Made by a program: the position numbers and the translations under genes
Part shown: positions 35,569 to 40,663 of the stretch, in pieces
Position numbering within the stretch: the first letter of the stretch is position 1
Layout of the letters: every line of letters starts with the position of its first letter
Assembly: GCA_030390025.1 (NCBI GenBank)
Contig: JASTWF010000363.1
Span: 434,001 to 474,663 of the forward strand
Direction: 5' to 3'
Origin: Squalus acanthias
Taxonomy: Eukaryota
Length of the DNA stretch: 40,663 bases
Notes under the pieces: generated by a model
Told to the model about the DNA's origin: nothing
Database searches by the model: none
The model's input: the letters and a program-made list of their open reading frames with translations, nothing else

Positions 35569-36851
35569 AATGTGATCAAACTGGAGACAATGGACCCCTC
35601 TCTCTTCACATGCACTGGTTGTGATCATTACTGTGCTGCAATATTCATTGTACCTTTCAGCACATAGCTACTGCCTAACATAACAAGCACTGTTATTCTG
35701 GCTACACTTTTCTTTTAATTTCCTTCACTGAATTCACAGATCATCTGGGTCGCAGCAAGTGAGTGACAACCCAAGACTGCATCTCTCCATCTGGACTGTC
35801 TAGACACTACAACTTTGGAATCCCAAATGACAGTCTTCCTGATATTTCCCACCTGCTGTCTCCTAACACATCATGATCAGAATCAGCGTGTTGAAGTGAG
35901 TCAGGTCTGCTCTACAGGCTGTGTCACCTACAGGTTTATGACAGCGTCCTCTCCTTTTGCTTAGTTACCAACCTCAACTGCAATCTAATTGCCTACAGTA
36001 TTCACCGTTGTGAAGTGTAGAGTAGAGGTTAACTGCTTGCTTTTGGGGATGGGGGAAATTAGAGAGAGTTCTAATAAAAATTGGGGTGGAGTTTAAAAAA
36101 AATCAGAAAGTGAAAAAAATCAAAGGGTAAAAAAGAGAAAAACAGATGGGTTTTACAGATATTTCTAAAATATGGGTGAAAATTTAATTTATGCTTTTCA
36201 TAAAACTGATTCATAAATACCTTAACTCAGTCTGATGAAAGTGATATTTATTCCGCTCTGCAAGACTAAGAGGACACAGGGAGGCTTGTGTTCTTCCAGT
36301 AAGCAAGACTGTTATGCCCAATCCCAGTAACGTTACATTACCAGATACTGTATGCAAAATATGTTCACATTTGTATGTAAACACATTTCTACACCAAAAA
36401 GCACCACCTTGGGATGTTTTACTACATAAATGCAAATTGTTGTTGTTCAGAACCACCATCTTATTAACTTATCAGAGAAAGAATCCAAGAGAACAGGTTT
36501 TGCTCAAACTCTGAACAAGCATCTTTTTCCTTATTGGATTTGGTGTTGAAAATTGGATCCCAAATGTACAGGTGGCATTAGTGACATCATCACACACTGC
36601 ATACATGTACAACTTGCAACATTAGTATAAGGCATGTGCATCCTGGGGCCTAAGGTCAGCACAAAGACCAAAGAAACTTGAGCTTTCATGCCAAAGTTGG
36701 GAGAGAATCATTTTTACTGATTCACCACCCCCAAAAAATCCACAAATTTACAACAAAAATCAATGAAAAAAAACTTTGCTAATCCCTATTTGTGGGGGCA
36801 TAAATTGAATTCTCCCCATCTATTACCCAAACATGCATTCTGGTTCGTGAT

Positions 36852-36922
36852 GTCAGTTCAGCTCAGTTGGTAGCACTCTTATTTCAGAGTCAGAAGCTTG
36901 GCAGGTTCAATGCCCACTCCAA
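36852..36922 (+). mobile_element. SINE tRNA head interrupted by the Harbinger element
   Basis: GCTCAGTTGGTAGCACTC...GGTTCAATGCCCACTCCAA; continues as GACTT after 38677. Confidence 0.6.
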
Positions 36923-38674
36923 GGCCACGATTTCGCCGACCGAGGCAGGTCTGGGGCGGCAGGGTCGGTGTCGCAGTCCCAGCCCACTGCCTACTGCAGC
37001 CCGCACTCTCCAAGTGATTTTACGTTAATAGGGCTTGTTAAGCCCGCCCTGCGAGGTTCCTGGCCAATTAATAGGAAGCGGGTCTGATGATGTCATTTGA
37101 TGACGTGTCATCAGCTGGTTTCCTTAAAGGGGCCATGTCCACATTGATCTTGACAGTTCTGCTGTCAGTGTTCTATAGCAATGAAGTGCTGCAAACACTG
37201 ACAAGCCCTGCACAAAGGTGCATGGCTGCACCCAGATTCTCCCATGACTCCCTCCATATGCTTATGGAGGGAATCACAGCACGCAGGGAGGTTCTCTTCC
37301 CTTCCCATGGGCGGAAGAGACCTCCCCAGGAGATCAACGCAGCCTGGTTGCACATTGCACAGGAGGGCACAAACAGGGATGTCGTCAGGAGGACCAGGCT
37401 GCAGTGACGCAAACCTTTCAATGATCACGAAACGTTACTGCCAAGTCACACTCAACCTCATCCTGCTGTGCCACTCATCACATCCACATCACTCTGCCTT
37501 CCCTACCCTACTCCTGCATATCCTTACTCACACCAACTTACCTTGCACCTCCACCCATCCCTCTCTATCTACATTATCACTTCCCCATCTCACTAGCCAC
37601 CCCTCACCCTCATCCTACTGCAAGTATACGAACTAACAACACACAAGGGTAGGCACTTGGGTGGTTTAGTCAATGTTCATGTGAAGTTTCTGTTAATGTG
37701 TTGTCCAACATTGAAATCTATATTTTCAACACTTTACCTTATTGGACAGAGTTGTGCTCACCTTTGGAAGTGTCTTAGTGAGTTCCAGTGAATGCTGAGA
37801 CAGAACTCCCCCCCACCTCCCTCCCAATTGTGACGAGTGTGAAAGGAATGGCTTGGACATTGTAGGGATGCTTTATGGTGCTGGTGTGGGGTGGTGTCAA
37901 CCTGGCGCATCAAGTGGCAGCCAGGGTGTACAACGTCAAGTGAAGTAAATCTGGCCATGATGATGCCATCACTGGCCTCCCGGGCAGCAATGTTGTCGGG
38001 TGCTGATGCCCTGTGTAGCATCAGGTGATTGCTGAGAAGGTTGGTATTGTTGTTGGTGTGCCTGGTGATCTTGGTGTTGGGGCTGATCGTGGAGGGATTC
38101 AGAGGACCAAGGTGAGATTTTTTTCAAGGGCACCGATATTGCTGGACTAGTTGGCAGCTGAAGTTGGGATGACAGAAGCGATCTGTCAATGGTGAGAGAG
38201 CTTGCTCCAAGGAGGTGACAGTGGATAGAGAGTTTACTCCAAACACTTCCAAACTGCATACAGCTCAAAAGTGTCTTTCAAGTCCTGAAGGCTCAAGCTT
38301 CTGACATTGGAAAGTAAACAGCTGTGAAATGGTAACTTTCATACCACTTTTGCAGCTGTTACCTATTCACAGCAATGGAGAATCATAGAGAACCCGACCT
38401 ACTTACCTGAAATGATCTCCGAACGACGTGAACCTCATTAAAAAAGTGGTAAAATAGAAATAGGCTGGCAAAATTGTAGTTAACAAGCGTTTAACAAGCA
38501 TTTAACTATCTTAAATGCCTCCCCCGCCACTTGGTGTTGGGTCTGTTCTGAAATCGCAGACTTGACACTTTGGAAACTTACATGGAGGCGGGTTCGGAGC
38601 GGGCTCCCAGCCCACTGTCAATCACTTCGATTTTGACAGTGGACCCGCCTCTGCGCGTCGGCAAAATCGCGGTC
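36923..38674. mobile_element. PIF/Harbinger DNA transposon, deletion derivative
   Basis: 18-bp TIRs GGCCACGATTTCGCCGAC and GTCGGCAAAATCGCGGTC; 3-bp TSD CAA; contains a Myb/SANT remnant. Confidence 0.8.
37222..37430 (+). pseudogene. Harbinger Myb/SANT-like DNA-binding protein remnant
   Basis: APRFS.DSL..L.E.I..RREVLF...AWLHIA......RT.LQ*RK.FND trihelix signature, with a stop at the expected Cys. Confidence 0.78.
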
Positions 38675-38988
38675 CAAGACTTTCAACAGAAATGGTAACC
38701 CAGACAGGAAATGAGTCAGGTTTATCTGTTACTATCAACAGCATTTTCAAGGCTCAGAAAAATAATATAGCCAGAAACATGAGTCAAGAAACAATTATTC
38801 TGTTACTAATTACCACAGTATATAATTCACTATATTGTAGCTGTTTTATGTCCAATTTAGTGGAATCTATCCTCTCGTATGAAGTATACACATCACAAAA
38901 TAGGAGCCATACCTACAAATCTGCTCCAAAAAAGTGGAATATCCACCCATTATAGGATCGACAATGATAATGTTGTGAGGAACACAAC

Positions 38989-39447
38989 TGTCAGCTGTGG
39001 CTCAGTTGGTAGCACCCTCGCCTCTGAGTCAGAAGGTTGTGGGGTCAAGTCCCACTCCAGAGACTTGAACAGAAAATTTTTAGGCTGACATTCCAATAGT
39101 ACTGAGGGAGTGCAGCACTGTCGGAGGTGCCGTCTTTCAGATGAGACATTAAACTGAGGACCCGTCTGCTCTCTCAGGTGGACGTAAAAGATCCCACAGC
39201 ACTATTTTGAAGAACAGGGGAGTTCTCCCCAGTGTCCTGGCCAATATTTATCCCTCAATCAACATCACTAAAATCGATTATCTGGTCATTATCACATTGC
39301 TGTTTGTGGGAGCTTGCTGTGCGCAAATTAGCTGCTGCTTTTCCCGCATTACAACAGTGACTACACTTCAAAAGTACTTCAATGGCCGTGAAGCGATTTG
39401 GGACGTCCTCAGGTTATGAAAGGCGCTATATAAAAGCAAGTCTTTCT
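38989..39447 (+). mobile_element. tRNA-derived DeuSINE
   Basis: Third full copy, ending about 65 bp from the exon-1 splice donor. Confidence 0.88.
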
Positions 39448-39511
39448 TGTACTGAGCAGTAAATCCCCACCCACCATATATAGATTCTGGATCAGACACC
39501 AACCATCTTAC

Positions 39512-39619
39512 CTGCTGGGAGCAGTCGCGGGGAATTTCCAAACCCAACACTCGTCGCACGGAAACTACAAGCAAAAAGCCACCAAGCGCCGACAGCAATT
39601 CGTGGGGAGCCGGCTTCAT
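39512..39619 (-). CDS. IL17RA: IL-17 receptor A/B-like, coding exon 1 (108 bp, signal peptide): MKPAPHELLSALGGFLLVVSVRRVLGLEIPRDCSQQ
   Basis: Kozak context GCCATGA, hydrophobic leader, CSQQ similar to IL17RA CSQP, donor CAG|GTAAGA, inside a CpG island. Confidence 0.88.
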
Positions 39620-39900
39620 GGCGAAGAGTTCCTTCAACTTTAGAAACAGATGGAGATTTAACAAGTAGCCGAGACCGCAGAGTTTCCAGAACTTGCCCGC
39701 GGCCCCCGGCCCCCGGCCCGGTCACTCGATGTCGGAGGCTCTCCGCTTCAGGCCCAACCGCCGGGAATCCGCGCCACTTCCTGCAACCGCCTCATGCAAA
39801 TCCGCCGGGCGGGGCGGGGCGGGGCGCTCGGCTCTGCTCCGTGTAAAGGGGACGGGGCGGGGAACAGGAACTCCAACAGGATCAGTTCCCGGAACTGCCT
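39620..39900 (-). promoter_or_regulatory. CpG-island promoter and 5' UTR of the IL-17 receptor gene
   Basis: Tandem GC boxes 39807-39825, ETS site CAGGAAGTG 39775-39783, octamer 39794-39801, STAT site TTCCCGGAA 39886-39894. Confidence 0.75.
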
Positions 39901-40002
39901 CCTCTGCTGCTGCAGGGAAATGCAACACTTAACTCAGGTCAGGCCCTGATCTGCACTGAATTACCTCATCATAGCCGGGGCTACATTTCAGGTTTAGAAC
40001 AA

Positions 40003-40652
40003 CTGGGGACCCAGTCTTCACCCTCCTGCTCAGTGTCCCTGGGCTGGGGACCCAGTCTTCACCCTCCTGCTCAGTGTCCCTGGGCTGGGGACCCAGTCTT
40101 CACCCTCCTGCTCAGTGTCCCTGGGCTGGGGACCCAGTCTTCACCCTCCTGCTCAGTGTCCCTGGGCTGGGGACCCAGTCTTCACCCTCCTGCTCAGTGT
40201 CCCTGGGCTGGGGACCCAGTCTTCACCCTCCTGCTCAGTGTCCCTGGGCTGGGGACCCAGTCTTCACCCTCCTGCTCAGTGTCCCTGGGCTGGGGACCCA
40301 GTCTTCACCCTCCTGCTCAGTGTCCCTGGGCTGGGGACCCAGTCTTCACCCTCCTGCTCAGTGTCCCTGGGCTGGGGACCCAGTCTTCACCCTCCTGCTC
40401 AGTGTCCCTGGGCTGGGGACCCAGTCTTCACCCTCCTGCTCAGTGTCCCTGGGCTGGGGACCCAGGCTTCACCCTCCTGCTCAGTGTCCCTGGGCTGGGG
40501 ACCCAGTCTTCACCCTCCTGCTCAATGTCCCTGGGCTGGAGGCCCAGTCTTCACCCTCCTGCTCAATGTCCCTGGGCTGGGGGCCCAGGCTTAACTCTCC
40601 TGCTCAGTGTCCCTGGGCTGGGGACCCAGGCTTCACACTCCTCAGTGTCCCT
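40003..40652. repeat. 41-bp minisatellite, about 16 copies (CTGGGGACCCAGTCTTCACCCTCCTGCTCAGTGTCCCTGGG)
   Basis: Period of 41 read directly; copies are nearly identical. Confidence 0.97.
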
Positions 40653-40663
40653 GAGAGGGGGGG

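Noticed and set aside
37758..38268. Possible Harbinger transposase ORFs
   Set aside because: No DDE motifs visible; at most these are the termini of an internally deleted gene.
40115..40594. 159-aa repetitive ORF
   Set aside because: Artefact of a stop-free 41-bp tandem repeat.

Overview
Vertebrate genomic DNA, most likely a cartilaginous fish (inferred from its CR1, DeuSINE, Harbinger and Penelope repeats). The window holds the promoter and first seven coding exons of an interleukin-17 receptor A/B-family gene on the minus strand. The exons are 39619-39512, 17593-17569, 14771-14625, 12124-12000, 8622-8496, 7413-7366 and 1642-1485. All introns are GT-AG and phase-compatible, and the exons splice to 246 aa (signal peptide plus most of the FnIII ectodomain); the gene continues past the left edge. 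The introns are packed with transposons: nested CR1 LINEs, a near-full-length CR1, an RTE, a Penelope 3' end carrying a hammerhead ribozyme motif, a 1.58-kb solo LTR, DeuSINEs, hAT/Tigger/Harbinger elements and two minisatellites. The strongest leads are (1) a CR1 5' end built as a repeated promoter-plus-splice-donor monomer in the host gene's sense orientation, (2) the same CR1 fused at its 3' end to a Penelope GIY-YIG/hammerhead terminus, and (3) the receptor's mixed IL17RA/IL17RB character with an extra cysteine pair. No database searches were run; family calls come from motif recognition.
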